A stretch of 64,000 nucleotides of DNA from a bacterium (GTDB lineage: Bacteria; Patescibacteriota; Minisyncoccia; Phycocordibacterales; UBA2100): contig JAYPJF010000001.1 of NCBI GenBank assembly GCA_038128225.1, positions 94,458 through 158,457 of the forward strand, read 5' to 3'. The notes below the pieces were generated by a model, which worked only from the letters and a program-made list of their open reading frames with translations, ran no database searches and had not been told where the DNA came from. Numbering within the stretch: position 1 is the first letter of the stretch; every line of letters begins with the position of its first letter. The translations under genes were made by a program, and so were the position numbers. Positions 55,114 through 64,000 of the stretch are shown piece after piece.

Positions 55114-56196
55114 CTACTTGTTCGCAGCCGCCGTCACGCCTGGCTCCTGCTTGTTGAGTTCGCGCATGAGGTCGCCGAGCATCAACGGAAGCCCGTTGCC
55201 GGGATTACCGATGATGACGACTTTGGCGTTCCCCGACTTCGCGAGCTCCTCGGTCGCCTCGATACCCTTCCACACGAGAAGGTTCTCGTCGATTCCTTGG
55301 CTCACCTTTGTCTGGAAGACGGCGATGCCGTCCGCCTCGATCGATTTGCGTTCCGCCTCCATTTTCGCTTTCTGGATGACGAACACCATGCGCTCCGCCT
55401 CCTGCTCTGCTTCCTTCTTTGCAGTAATGGCGGCAATCAGGCGCTCCGGCGGCGTGATGCGCTTCACCAGCACCTGCTGGATCAGAATGCCGACGCGCTT
55501 TCCACTCGGGTCTTGCTGGGCGACGAGTCCCTGAACGATCTCGGAGAGCTTTTGCTGCATCTTCTTCTCGGCCGCTTCCCTGCTTGAATACAGGTCACGG
55601 AACGAGTACGAGCTGCCGACATCGCGCGCGATCGCGTGCACGGGGCTCCGAACGAGCTTTTCCGTGTAGTCGTCGCCGAACTTCGTGTACACGAAGCTCG
55701 CATCATCAGACACGAGCGAGTAAAGGATCGTCAGATCCACATTCACGCTCAGGTCGTCCTTCGTGATGATGTTGACGGGACCACCGCCAACCTGTGTCAT
55801 CTCGTCGCTCGGTCCGTGCGGGCCGGCGATAGCGTACGATTCCGTCCTCACACTCATGTGATTGACAGAGGTGAGCGGATTGACGATGCGCAGACCATTC
55901 GGAAGCGGTTCGCCAGTGCTGCCGAAGAAAATTGGCACACCAACATACCCTGGACTCACGATCACGAACACCTGAAGCAGGGTCACGACGACGAGCGCCA
56001 AGGCGGCGGCGCCGGCAGCAAGCCCGGGAACTAACGGTGGAACGCCGTTATACGAGCTTCCTTCCGCGTTACGTGCACTTAGCGTGGAACGGTAGAATCG
56101 TACCCCTACGAAAATAATCGTAAGAAGCACGATGGTGGAGACTACAAAGCCCATAGAGCTTTCTCCTTTGTAGTTTTCGACGAGCATCCGGACCAT
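55114..56196 (-). CDS. SPFH/band-7 (stomatin/HflK-like) domain membrane protein
   Basis: N-terminal transmembrane segment, SPFH core, and a C-terminal Ala/Glu-rich coiled coil (EAEQEAERM...AKMEAERKSIEADG). Confidence 0.6.
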   Translation of the reverse strand: MVRMLVENYKGESSMGFVVSTIVLLTIIFVGVRFYRSTLSARNAEGSSYNGVPPLVPGLAAGAAALALVVVTLLQVFVIVSPGYVGVPIFFGSTGEPLPNGLRIVNPLTSVNHMSVRTESYAIAGPHGPSDEMTQVGGGPVNIITKDDLSVNVDLTILYSLVSDDASFVYTKFGDDYTEKLVRSPVHAIARDVGSSYSFRDLYSSREAAEKKMQQKLSEIVQGLVAQQDPSGKRVGILIQQVLVKRITPPERLIAAITAKKEAEQEAERMVFVIQKAKMEAERKSIEADGIAVFQTKVSQGIDENLLVWKGIEATEELAKSGNAKVVIIGNPGNGLPLMLGDLMRELNKQEPGVTAAANK

Positions 56197-56306
56197 TCCG
56201 GAAACCGGAAGAACTATGCTTATTATTTTTAATTATGTCAAGTAATTTGTTCCGTAGCGCATTATATTCTTGTGCCTGGTCGGCGAGAGTTACACACAAT
56301 GCTTAG

Positions 56307-56714
56307 TCAAATCCCTCGATCCATAGCTTCATTTGCAAGCGCATCAGCTTCTTTGTTTTTCTCGCGCGGGATATATGTAAATGTTACCGACGCGAAGTAC
56401 GATAAGAGTTCCCACACTTTTTCTGCCTGCGGGCGTAGCGTCGGTTCTTTTATTTTCCAGTTTCTTGAAAGTTGTTCCGCGACCAGCTTGCTATCGAGCC
56501 GCACTTCAACGTCACGTCCGGTAAGTCCATTGACTCGCGCTTCATCAAGCGCAAGCGCCACGGCTTCATATTCTGCCCAGTTGTTGGTTTGGACACCCAA
56601 AAATTTTGAAACGGTTTCAATTTTTGTTTCCCCGTCATATATAACCGCCCCTGCACCGGCAATTCCAGGATTGTTACGGCTACCACCGTCTGTATAAATC
56701 ACCACCCCAGCCAT
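56307..56714 (-). CDS. rnhA: Ribonuclease HI
   Basis: IYTDGGSRNNPGIAGAGAV...NNWAEYEA...EKNKEADALA. Confidence 0.8.
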   Translation of the reverse strand: MAGVVIYTDGGSRNNPGIAGAGAVIYDGETKIETVSKFLGVQTNNWAEYEAVALALDEARVNGLTGRDVEVRLDSKLVAEQLSRNWKIKEPTLRPQAEKVWELLSYFASVTFTYIPREKNKEADALANEAMDRGI

Positions 56715-56716
56715 AG

Positions 56717-57337
56717 CTAAACACTTTTCGTGGAGAGCGTACGGTACGCGTGCACGGTCGCAAGAATCGACACAGGCACTGAAACAAGAAGTCCGATCCC
56801 GAGAAGAAGCGCCCCGACCACGTTGATTGCGATAAGTAAAAGCATAAACCAGAGCAAAGAAAGTTTTTTTCCTTCAGTCATACGCCAACTTTCTTTCATT
56901 GCTGCAATCGGCGCAAGACCACGCTCGACAACAAGGTACGGCGTGAATACGAGTCCGAGCGCAGCGATTACACCCGGTACGATGAGAAGAACAAATCCGA
57001 TCGTAACAAGCACTGCAACCGCGATCGTTGCTGCAACATACGAAAAATACCGAGCGGGGTTCCATAGGTCACGAAGTTGTAACTGTTCTATAGCATCGTG
57101 CGCTTTGAGCCCAAAATGCACCAACCCCATCCCCACGAGCATTTGCACAACGAGGAAATCTGCCAGTGTGAGTACGAACGCAAGCCCCGACATACCTCCC
57201 TGGCTTACCTCATCGACAATCGCTGAAGACAGTGATGAGATGATAAACACTACAAGAAGCGCCCCGATGATAAACCAAGGGCGTTCCTTGAACTTTTGCC
57301 AACCAAACACGAGCATGTCAACAGCTTTAAATTCCAT
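56717..57337 (-). CDS. Hypothetical polytopic membrane protein
   Basis: 206 aa with 4-5 transmembrane helices. ATGA-type overlap with rnhA. Confidence 0.45.
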   Translation of the reverse strand: MEFKAVDMLVFGWQKFKERPWFIIGALLVVFIISSLSSAIVDEVSQGGMSGLAFVLTLADFLVVQMLVGMGLVHFGLKAHDAIEQLQLRDLWNPARYFSYVAATIAVAVLVTIGFVLLIVPGVIAALGLVFTPYLVVERGLAPIAAMKESWRMTEGKKLSLLWFMLLLIAINVVGALLLGIGLLVSVPVSILATVHAYRTLSTKSV

Positions 57338-57396
57338 GCACCTATTTTACCTAAGTCTCGCTTGTTCGCCAATACTCATGTGAACAAAAGCTTTAC

Positions 57397-59055
57397 CTAT
57401 TCAACATTGGTTACCCTTAACGCAACGGAGCGCGCCCCGCGAAACGTGTCGCGCTCAATGGTCCCAATCACATGACATCGTATCCCCGGACTCGGAGGCC
57501 GCGAAAACTGATCTGGTGTTCTAAAAAACTGGAACCCGCGCACATGGCCTTGCGGCGCATCAAAAATAAATTCTGTGTGCCCTTGGTCTTTTCCAAAAAG
57601 TCGTACATCACGCAAGAGCACATCACGAATCCTCATGAGTGGTTTTGGGTTGCCAAGACCAAACGGGGCAAACTTCGAAAGCGCCTGATAGCTCTCCCAT
57701 GAAACCATTTCGATTGGCACCTCAAAATCAGTCGTGACAGGTGGGATTGCGGCGCGCGGAAGCTGCGCAGCGGCGGCATTAAAGATTTCAGGAAGCGTGT
57801 GGACCATCTCGTTCAGAACGGAAAAACCGCCCGCATTTGCATGGCCGCCGCTCTCCTCGAGAGCCTCGCGTACACCTGCTGCAGCAAAAAGTTCGGCGAG
57901 ATTTGTGCTCCCATCAGAACGACATGACCCCTTCAGTACGCCCGCTCCGTCACGACCCCAAAGACACACAACACCACCCCGATCTTCAACAATTGAGTTT
58001 GCTGCAAGGCCCAGCAACGCAGGTTTCCAATTCGGATCTCCAAGCACAATCACTTTTGTGTCTGCAGAAAATCGCTCTTTTGTTTTGTGTTTTGCGTCTT
58101 TTACCAATGCGGCAACCACTCCTTTTCTCGTCGCGTTTAGCCGCTCGAGTGTATGCGCAATTTCCATTGCTCGCCCACCATCTGTTTCGGTAAGCAATGC
58201 AAACGCGAGCTCTGGTTCATCCATGCGCGACGCAGCATTAATGCGCGGCGCCATAGAAAAACCGATATCATCCTCCGTGAGTTCCCTTTGATTAATCCGT
58301 AGCTTGCGACAGAGTGCTTGAATTCCTGGGCGCGGTGATTTTCTCAATACCAATAGCCCATAATGTGCGAGTACGCGATTCTCGCCAGTAAGCGGCACCA
58401 TGTCGGCGATCGTGGCAATACCAACCATATCAAGGAGCCATTTTTCCCACCCTTCCGGCACGTCTTCTGCCCCGCGTTTTCTCGCTTCACAAAAAAGGGC
58501 CTGTACCAGCTTGAACGCCACGGCCGCTCCGCATAAATCTCGATACGGATACGCGCCGAGTTTTGGATTAATGACTGCCACTGCTTCAGGAATACGCGCT
58601 TGCGGCTCGTGATGATCCGTCACTATGACCTCCACTCCGCGCGACTGAGCGTACGCCACTTCTTCCACAGCCGCGATTCCCACATCGACAGTCACAATAA
58701 GAGAAACGCCGCGCTGCTGCAGTGCATCGATCGCATGCCGGTGAAACCCATATCCTTCATTGTGGCGATGAGGAATGTACACTTCAGCGTGCACGCCGAG
58801 TTTTTTTAATGCGTCATACAATACGACAGAACCAGGAATGCCGTCGCAGTCAAAATCGGCATACACAGCGATTTTCTCGCCTTTTTTGATTGCGGAAAAT
58901 ATTCGCGCCACAGCTTTTTCCATGCCATCGAGAAGCGTGGGTGCATGAGCGTGTGTGTCAAATTCAGGATTCAGAAACGTCTGGCGCTCCACGCCAAAAA
59001 TATTTCGCGCGACAAAGAGCTGCTCTAAAAGCGGCGAGACTTCCATCTGGGGCAT
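57397..59055 (-). CDS. recJ: Single-stranded-DNA-specific exonuclease RecJ
   Basis: DHH family motifs: ADFDCDG, VTDHH, GGHANAGG. The start is refined to the internal Met. Confidence 0.85.
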   Translation of the reverse strand: MPQMEVSPLLEQLFVARNIFGVERQTFLNPEFDTHAHAPTLLDGMEKAVARIFSAIKKGEKIAVYADFDCDGIPGSVVLYDALKKLGVHAEVYIPHRHNEGYGFHRHAIDALQQRGVSLIVTVDVGIAAVEEVAYAQSRGVEVIVTDHHEPQARIPEAVAVINPKLGAYPYRDLCGAAVAFKLVQALFCEARKRGAEDVPEGWEKWLLDMVGIATIADMVPLTGENRVLAHYGLLVLRKSPRPGIQALCRKLRINQRELTEDDIGFSMAPRINAASRMDEPELAFALLTETDGGRAMEIAHTLERLNATRKGVVAALVKDAKHKTKERFSADTKVIVLGDPNWKPALLGLAANSIVEDRGGVVCLWGRDGAGVLKGSCRSDGSTNLAELFAAAGVREALEESGGHANAGGFSVLNEMVHTLPEIFNAAAAQLPRAAIPPVTTDFEVPIEMVSWESYQALSKFAPFGLGNPKPLMRIRDVLLRDVRLFGKDQGHTEFIFDAPQGHVRGFQFFRTPDQFSRPPSPGIRCHVIGTIERDTFRGARSVALRVTNVE

Positions 59056-59075
59056 TGTAGCACTATACTTTCTCC

Positions 59076-59540
59076 ATGAGTGTCTGTATTTTTTGCGCCA
59101 TTGTTCGCGGAGATGCACCAAGTCACAAAATTTGGGAAGATGAAAAACATCTTGCGTTCCTTTCTATTTTCCCTAACACCGAAGGTTTCTCAGTCGTAGT
59201 CACCAAAGAACATTACCCGAGCTATGTTGCAGACCTACCGAAAGATGTCCGCACCGATCTGTTTAACGCTGCGCTCACTGTGGCAAAAAAAATCGACGCT
59301 GCATTTTCAGACGTAGGGAGAACAGGCATTTTGTTTGAAGGCTTTGGCGTCAATCACGTGCACGCCAAGCTGTTTCCCATGCACGGAACAAAAACCGACC
59401 TGTGGCAGCAACATACGTCGAAGGAGAAAAGGTTTTTCGAGCACTACGAAGGCTATATTTCTTCACACGATGCCGCCCGCGCCGATGACGCCGCGCTTGC
59501 AAAGACAGCTGAGTTGATCCGCACTACACCTATTGCGTAG
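59076..59540 (+). CDS. HIT family (histidine triad) protein
   Basis: CIFCAIVRGD and the HVHAKLFP triad. Confidence 0.7.
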   Translation: MSVCIFCAIVRGDAPSHKIWEDEKHLAFLSIFPNTEGFSVVVTKEHYPSYVADLPKDVRTDLFNAALTVAKKIDAAFSDVGRTGILFEGFGVNHVHAKLFPMHGTKTDLWQQHTSKEKRFFEHYEGYISSHDAARADDAALAKTAELIRTTPIA

Positions 59541-61113
59541 CACAGTCGCCGTACTGGTACGTGCCGCTCCCTGAGAGATACCCGTCGGTACAGTACCGAA
59601 TCTGTTTATATGGTTCACAAGTCTCACCCACTGGGGCAACTGCGCGAGAATAAAAGGCACGCGAAGCGCCGTGCGCCACCTCTTTCCCGTCAAGGGTACA
59701 TACTGCTGCGTCTCGTGCACTACACGTCGCGAAGGCGTAGATATTGCTGCCGCCCAACACGCCGTTGGTACATGTGCGCACCTCCTCACTCTGAGCGCAG
59801 GTGCGCCCAAATGGCACTTCAGATGCCGAGTAAAACTTTCCAGTTTTCGTATGCTCAACCAAAACACCATCGAGAATGCACGCTTTTTGATTTGATGGGG
59901 CACAGTATGAGAATTTATAAGAAGCTGTTCCGTTTAGTACTCCATTAGTACACGTACGCGACTGTTTTTTGTTTGCACAGCTCGCAATCGTATCAGTGCG
60001 GTCCGAATAAAAATCCTTACTGGCTCCATGGGCGACCTTCACGCTATCAAGCGTACACGAAAGTCCCGGGGTAACGGAGCACGCAGGGTGTACGTATGCT
60101 GAATCGCCGGATACATATCCGTCGTTACATACGCGCACAAGTTTGAAGTCGTCACATGATTGATTGTAAGGCACAATCGTTTTCGAAAAGAAACTACGCT
60201 GAGCACCATGAGTAAGCGTCGTACTTGTGGCGCTCGATGCAACCACCTCACACGAACGAGCGCTGGTCACCGCACACGTAGCGAATCGATACGTTGGGTC
60301 GCCCGACAACGTGCCGTCGTTACAGGTTCTTGTTTGGCCAAATGGCGCGCACTGTTGACCAAACAGCACGTCTCGTTGCTTGTAGAATGTCTTGCTCTGA
60401 CCGTGTGTGACTGTAACCCCATCAACCGTACACGACCCAGGAGTTGTGTTCGCTGTGCATGTAGGGAATGAATACGCAGGGTCTCCTGAAAGTACTCCGT
60501 TCATACACTTCCGGGGGATGCCGAGACATGATGCCCCAAAAGGAACTACACCCGATGTATATAGCGTGCGCGTTTCACCACTTGCAAGCACTGTCGTTCC
60601 AAGAATACAGTTGAGTACAGAAGGGGTGGGGGGAGGCGGCGATGGAATCACCACTGGAGTCCCGAGAGCACACACACGCACTAGTGCTGCCCGTGTTGCG
60701 GGACCAACCGCACCAAAACCGGTAGTCTCGACACTGCCGGAACTTACTATGTTCTGCTGGATTTGGAAACGTTCAACGGCGCGCGCGGTCAACGCTCCAA
60801 AATATCCGGTAATTTGAGCTTCAGGGTATAGTGCGGGTGTTTTCGCTAAAAATTGCTGCAACGCAGAAACATCGGTCCCTGAAACCCCTGGTTTAAGATT
60901 TCTGGCAATTGTCGGGCATGACCCTTGCGAAGTTGTTGTAGGAGTAACCGGAACCGTACCTCCAGTCCTTGCAGCCTGAATGCGTTGCTCTAATTGTGCA
61001 ACTTGTTGTAGTAGTGCTTGAATCTGAGCCGTGAGCTGTTCTGAGGTTTGCGCATGCACACTCCCCACACTTACGATAAACCCGAGTAAGGCGAGCGCCA
61101 GGATATTTCTCAT
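59530..61113 (-). CDS. Secreted protein: signal peptide, coiled coil, PG-binding-like domain, and six tandem four-Cys repeats of about 60 aa
   Basis: Signal peptide MRNILALALLGFIVSVGSVHA. Coiled coil LTAQIQALLQQVAQLEQRIQAAR. PGBD-like DVSALQQFLAKTPALYPEAQITGYFGALTARAVERFQ. Six repeats C.hDG..V.HG.S..FY......PFG..C.....R.C.NG.LSG...Y.F..C. Confidence 0.7.
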   Translation of the reverse strand: MRNILALALLGFIVSVGSVHAQTSEQLTAQIQALLQQVAQLEQRIQAARTGGTVPVTPTTTSQGSCPTIARNLKPGVSGTDVSALQQFLAKTPALYPEAQITGYFGALTARAVERFQIQQNIVSSGSVETTGFGAVGPATRAALVRVCALGTPVVIPSPPPPTPSVLNCILGTTVLASGETRTLYTSGVVPFGASCLGIPRKCMNGVLSGDPAYSFPTCTANTTPGSCTVDGVTVTHGQSKTFYKQRDVLFGQQCAPFGQTRTCNDGTLSGDPTYRFATCAVTSARSCEVVASSATSTTLTHGAQRSFFSKTIVPYNQSCDDFKLVRVCNDGYVSGDSAYVHPACSVTPGLSCTLDSVKVAHGASKDFYSDRTDTIASCANKKQSRTCTNGVLNGTASYKFSYCAPSNQKACILDGVLVEHTKTGKFYSASEVPFGRTCAQSEEVRTCTNGVLGGSNIYAFATCSARDAAVCTLDGKEVAHGASRAFYSRAVAPVGETCEPYKQIRYCTDGYLSGSGTYQYGDCATQ

Positions 61114-61167
61114 GCACTTATTCTAAACGACTCGCAGTAGCATCATTTACGCACTGTGGATAGTAGT

Positions 61168-62991
61168 CTACCGTGCCGCGATGCACGAAGCGGTAAATGT
61201 TGTAGACCAGTAGTGATGATTCGCCCCCGCTGCACAGTGATACGCTCCGCCGCACATACCACCTACTGCAGTGTTATCGAATGTACATGCTCCCTCCGCG
61301 GTTGTGGGACACGGTGCGAATGCACAATTGGGTCCCGTGCGCCCTACATAGCTTCCGTCTGGACATTGTTTTGCTTCTTGTGTACAGACCACATCAGTTG
61401 CGGCTGCGCACTCACCCGCATACTTAAACACCGCTTTTTCGGCTTCCATTTGGCACTGATTTCCATATGTTTTTCCGTACTGACATTCATATGGATACGA
61501 ACCGAGAGCAAATTTCGAAACGAGGCAGTAGTATGGTGTCGCACAAACAGGCGCGTACTCCATTGTACAAGCAACAGGACCCCCACTTGAAACAGTTACC
61601 GTGATGGTTGTTTTTGCTTCTTTTCCTTCAGGGTCGCGCACCACAGCAGTTACTGTATACATCCCAGCCTTCGAATATGTATGAGTGAAAGTAGTTACTT
61701 GTCCAAAGCCGAGCGCGCTCGCGACTGCGTCAAGTGCATTCCAAAACCCAGTTTCGTCCCCCCAGGTCACTTTGTATGAGAGTGTTTTTTGTTCCGGGTC
61801 ACGTGCCTCTACGCTCCAGGTCCCTGTTTCGTTCACCGTAAGATGTGTCGGCCCGGAAAAACCACTAACCACCGGCGGTTGATTTTCGCGAACACCGTCG
61901 AAATATTCTTTACAGTACCCGGGAGCTTGCCATATACATGCCCTAAGCGTACACATCGCGACTGCGCCTACGGTGTCTCGAGAACAATCGTTACATCCAT
62001 CGTACCACGTCTTGCATGTCGGTGCTGGTTCAAACGGTTTATTGTCTATGCGACACTGACCTTCATATAAAAGCGTTGCGCCAGCAGCTTCCATAACACA
62101 AGTGTTTGAATATGTTTTTGGATCTGGTTGTTTGCACATCGCAGCACAATACGCTCCCGGAGGGCAGGTGTTTTCGCAACCTGTAGGTTGCCCACACACA
62201 GGACGGTATTCTTTTGTGCACGCCACGTTTCCACCAACGGTGATTTGAATTTTCGCCACCACCTCCGAACTCACCGGTGCCATACACAATGGGTTACCGA
62301 GGCACGGGTCGGTTATTTTGTTTAACGTCGCCGTGTACGTTCCCGCTTGCGTATACGTGTGTTTGTTTTCCCCAGGAGAGACACAAGCGTCAGCAGGTGC
62401 ACTACATTCAGTAGCAGCCTCTCGCCCTCCATCTCCGTACTCAACTAGATACGAAACACCTGCCGGTCGCAGACCACCAACCCACGAATTGAAAACTACA
62501 GTAAGTGGCGCCGCTCCTGTTCGCGGGTTCACCTCGAAAAGACCGTGTACACCGCACCACTTTTTAAAATAATTTTGCGTAATCGGCCCCACCACGCCCA
62601 CTGATTCAATTCCTTCACTGGATTGCAGTCTCTTTATCGCGGCGAGAGTCAGGCTTCCAAAGTATCCTGTTGGAGAGACGCCAAGATAGCCCTTGTCTTT
62701 AAGAAATTCCTGGAGCGCCGTGATGTGCTCACCAGAAGTACCTTGCCCCCAATTGCTGTTCTGGGCAAAAAAATCACATACGCGCACCCGTGCAGGATTG
62801 GCGGAACTCACTTGTATAACTGAGACACCAGTCGTCGAAGCCTGCTGCATGACGCCGATTTGTTGTCGCAGTTCAGAAATCCGACCTAAAAGAGAGCGGA
62901 TCTGTGTTTGTAATTCATCAACCGTGACCGCAGGTACAACAGTCGGAACCATGAGTAAAACTACCGCAAACCCAAGGATGTGTTTCTTCAT
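61168..62991 (-). CDS. Secreted protein: signal peptide, coiled coil, PG-binding-like domain, PKD-like domains, and two Kazal-like domains
   Basis: Coiled coil LQTQIRSLLGRISELRQQIGVMQQ. PGBD-like HITALQEFLKDKGYLGVSPTGYFGSLTLAAIKRLQ. PKD-like YKVTWGDETG and YLVEYGDGG. Kazal-like CTKEYRPVCGQ...KTYSNTCVMEAAGATLLYEGQC and CTMEYAPVCA...KTYGNQCQMEAEKAVFKYAGEC. Module CKTWYDGCNDCSR. Confidence 0.7.
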   Translation of the reverse strand: MKKHILGFAVVLLMVPTVVPAVTVDELQTQIRSLLGRISELRQQIGVMQQASTTGVSVIQVSSANPARVRVCDFFAQNSNWGQGTSGEHITALQEFLKDKGYLGVSPTGYFGSLTLAAIKRLQSSEGIESVGVVGPITQNYFKKWCGVHGLFEVNPRTGAAPLTVVFNSWVGGLRPAGVSYLVEYGDGGREAATECSAPADACVSPGENKHTYTQAGTYTATLNKITDPCLGNPLCMAPVSSEVVAKIQITVGGNVACTKEYRPVCGQPTGCENTCPPGAYCAAMCKQPDPKTYSNTCVMEAAGATLLYEGQCRIDNKPFEPAPTCKTWYDGCNDCSRDTVGAVAMCTLRACIWQAPGYCKEYFDGVRENQPPVVSGFSGPTHLTVNETGTWSVEARDPEQKTLSYKVTWGDETGFWNALDAVASALGFGQVTTFTHTYSKAGMYTVTAVVRDPEGKEAKTTITVTVSSGGPVACTMEYAPVCATPYYCLVSKFALGSYPYECQYGKTYGNQCQMEAEKAVFKYAGECAAATDVVCTQEAKQCPDGSYVGRTGPNCAFAPCPTTAEGACTFDNTAVGGMCGGAYHCAAGANHHYWSTTFTASCIAAR

Positions 62992-63051
62992 ATGATTAAA
63001 AGACGCGCTATGGATAAAATAATTACATCAGCCGCACGCAACGCTACACGA

Positions 63052-64000
63052 CTAGCTTTGTAACGCCTCAATTCCCGGCAAAGTCCCGTTAAGGAGAAAC
63101 TCCAACATTGCTCCTCCTCCCGTCGAAACAAAAGTGAACTGATCCATGAGTCCCTGTTTTCCTATTGCTGCCACAGTGTCTGCCCCGCCAACATATGAAC
63201 GAGCCGAACTTTTCCCGATGAGTGCCGCAATTTGATCAGTATAAGTATCATACCCGTCTTCGTACAATCCAGTCGGGCCGTTCCATAAGACGGTTTTTGC
63301 ATTCATGATTACCGGTTCAATCATGGCGAGAGTCGCAGGCCCCACATCGACTATTTTTCCATCTGTCTTCACCTGTTCTGGGGTAACCACATAAGTGGTT
63401 TTGTCTACGTTCTCGACCAGTACATCTGTTGGAAGGAGTATGTGCGGATGCCGCACTATATGAGATTCCGGTTTTTTTGAGGAGACAACCGAACGCCCCA
63501 CCTCGAACCCTAACGCCTTAAAAACATCATTCACCAGCGCGCCCGCAACAAGCACCTGATCATACATAGAAAGCATCTTTGCAATGAGTGGTTCTTTTGT
63601 ATCAAACTTCGCTCCTCCGAGGATTGCAAATGAGGGAGCTTGCGGTGAAAGTGCCTCAGAAAGATGCACATACTCATGCTCGAGAAGAAACCCTGCATAC
63701 CCGGGAATGATACGCGGGATGCGTGTTATTGACGCATGGGTACGATGACAATCCGCAAACGCATCATTCACGTATATATCAGCAAACGCAGCGAGCGAGC
63801 GAGCGAAAACCTCGTCGTTTTCCTGTTCGCCAGAATGACTACGTACGTTTTCGAGTAATAAAAGCTCCCCGTTCTGTATCTGCTCCACCGCGCGCTGCGC
63901 GTCTTCACCAATCACATCAGGTACAAAAATGGTTGGCGTGAGTCTGTTGAGATGGCGCGCAATCGGCTCTAGTGTCTCCTGTGGATTCCGACCAATATGC
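63052..64000 (-). CDS. pgk: Phosphoglycerate kinase (3' portion; the gene extends beyond the window end)
   Basis: LLLLENVRSH, FGTAHR-like region and the C-terminal STGGGAMLEFL. The frame is open from 63915 to 64000. The track's M at 63915 is a GTG inside the gene. Confidence 0.85.
   Translation of the reverse strand, partial: HIGRNPQETLEPIARHLNRLTPTIFVPDVIGEDAQRAVEQIQNGELLLLENVRSHSGEQENDEVFARSLAAFADIYVNDAFADCHRTHASITRIPRIIPGYAGFLLEHEYVHLSEALSPQAPSFAILGGAKFDTKEPLIAKMLSMYDQVLVAGALVNDVFKALGFEVGRSVVSSKKPESHIVRHPHILLPTDVLVENVDKTTYVVTPEQVKTDGKIVDVGPATLAMIEPVIMNAKTVLWNGPTGLYEDGYDTYTDQIAALIGKSSARSYVGGADTVAAIGKQGLMDQFTFVSTGGGAMLEFLLNGTLPGIEALQS

Noticed and set aside
1-64000. CRISPR arrays, IS elements/transposases, integrases, rRNA
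   Set aside because: No regularly spaced direct repeats, no DDE or serine/tyrosine recombinase-like ORFs, and no rRNA-like conserved stretches were seen on either strand.

Overview
This 64 kb window is a dense bacterial chromosomal segment with about 50 % GC. Its core is the translation and ribosomal super-operon region, all on the minus strand: rpsL-rpsG-fusA, tuf-rpsJ, then rplC through rplO, secY, adk and map. Other housekeeping genes flank it: recG, pyrD/pyrC, ftsH, smpB with a tmRNA, infC-rpmI-rplT, ndk, rpmB, sodA-like, recJ, rnhA, mscL, and a pgk that runs off the right edge. Features of the ribosomal cluster point to a Patescibacteria/CPR-like lineage (inference): L30 is absent between S5 and L15, several ribosomal proteins carry extensions, genes are small, and many secreted proteins are encoded. 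RNA genes: a tRNA-Ile with anticodon UAU at 4604..4676 (-) and a one-piece tmRNA at about 10824..11211 (+). The candidates for new biology are as follows. (1) A paralogous family of secreted proteins built from a signal peptide, a coiled coil, a peptidoglycan-binding domain, and PKD-like, Kazal-like or tandem Cys-repeat modules. It has four members in the window: one next to the tRNA, one in a secreted/cell-wall neighbourhood with a Tyr-rich YPYNYNY protein and an M15-like peptidase, and a tandem pair near the right edge. (2) A three-gene secreted cassette inserted between fusA and tuf, encoding a Hint (intein-like) domain protein, a GW-repeat protein and a small membrane protein. (3) A locus at 52.8..54.7 kb with a small E1-like (ThiF) gene, a possible E2-like gene and a strongly GC-rich 47-codon ORF behind a perfect Shine-Dalgarno sequence, each bounded by its own terminator. 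(4) An identical Shine-Dalgarno-less 25-nt leader directly abutting the start codons of rpsL and rpsS, with a related leader at rplC. (5) Two tandem guanylate-kinase paralogs that both have non-canonical P-loops. (6) A ribosomal operon interrupted by a Trp-rich membrane gene on the opposite strand. No CRISPR array, transposase or rRNA was found.
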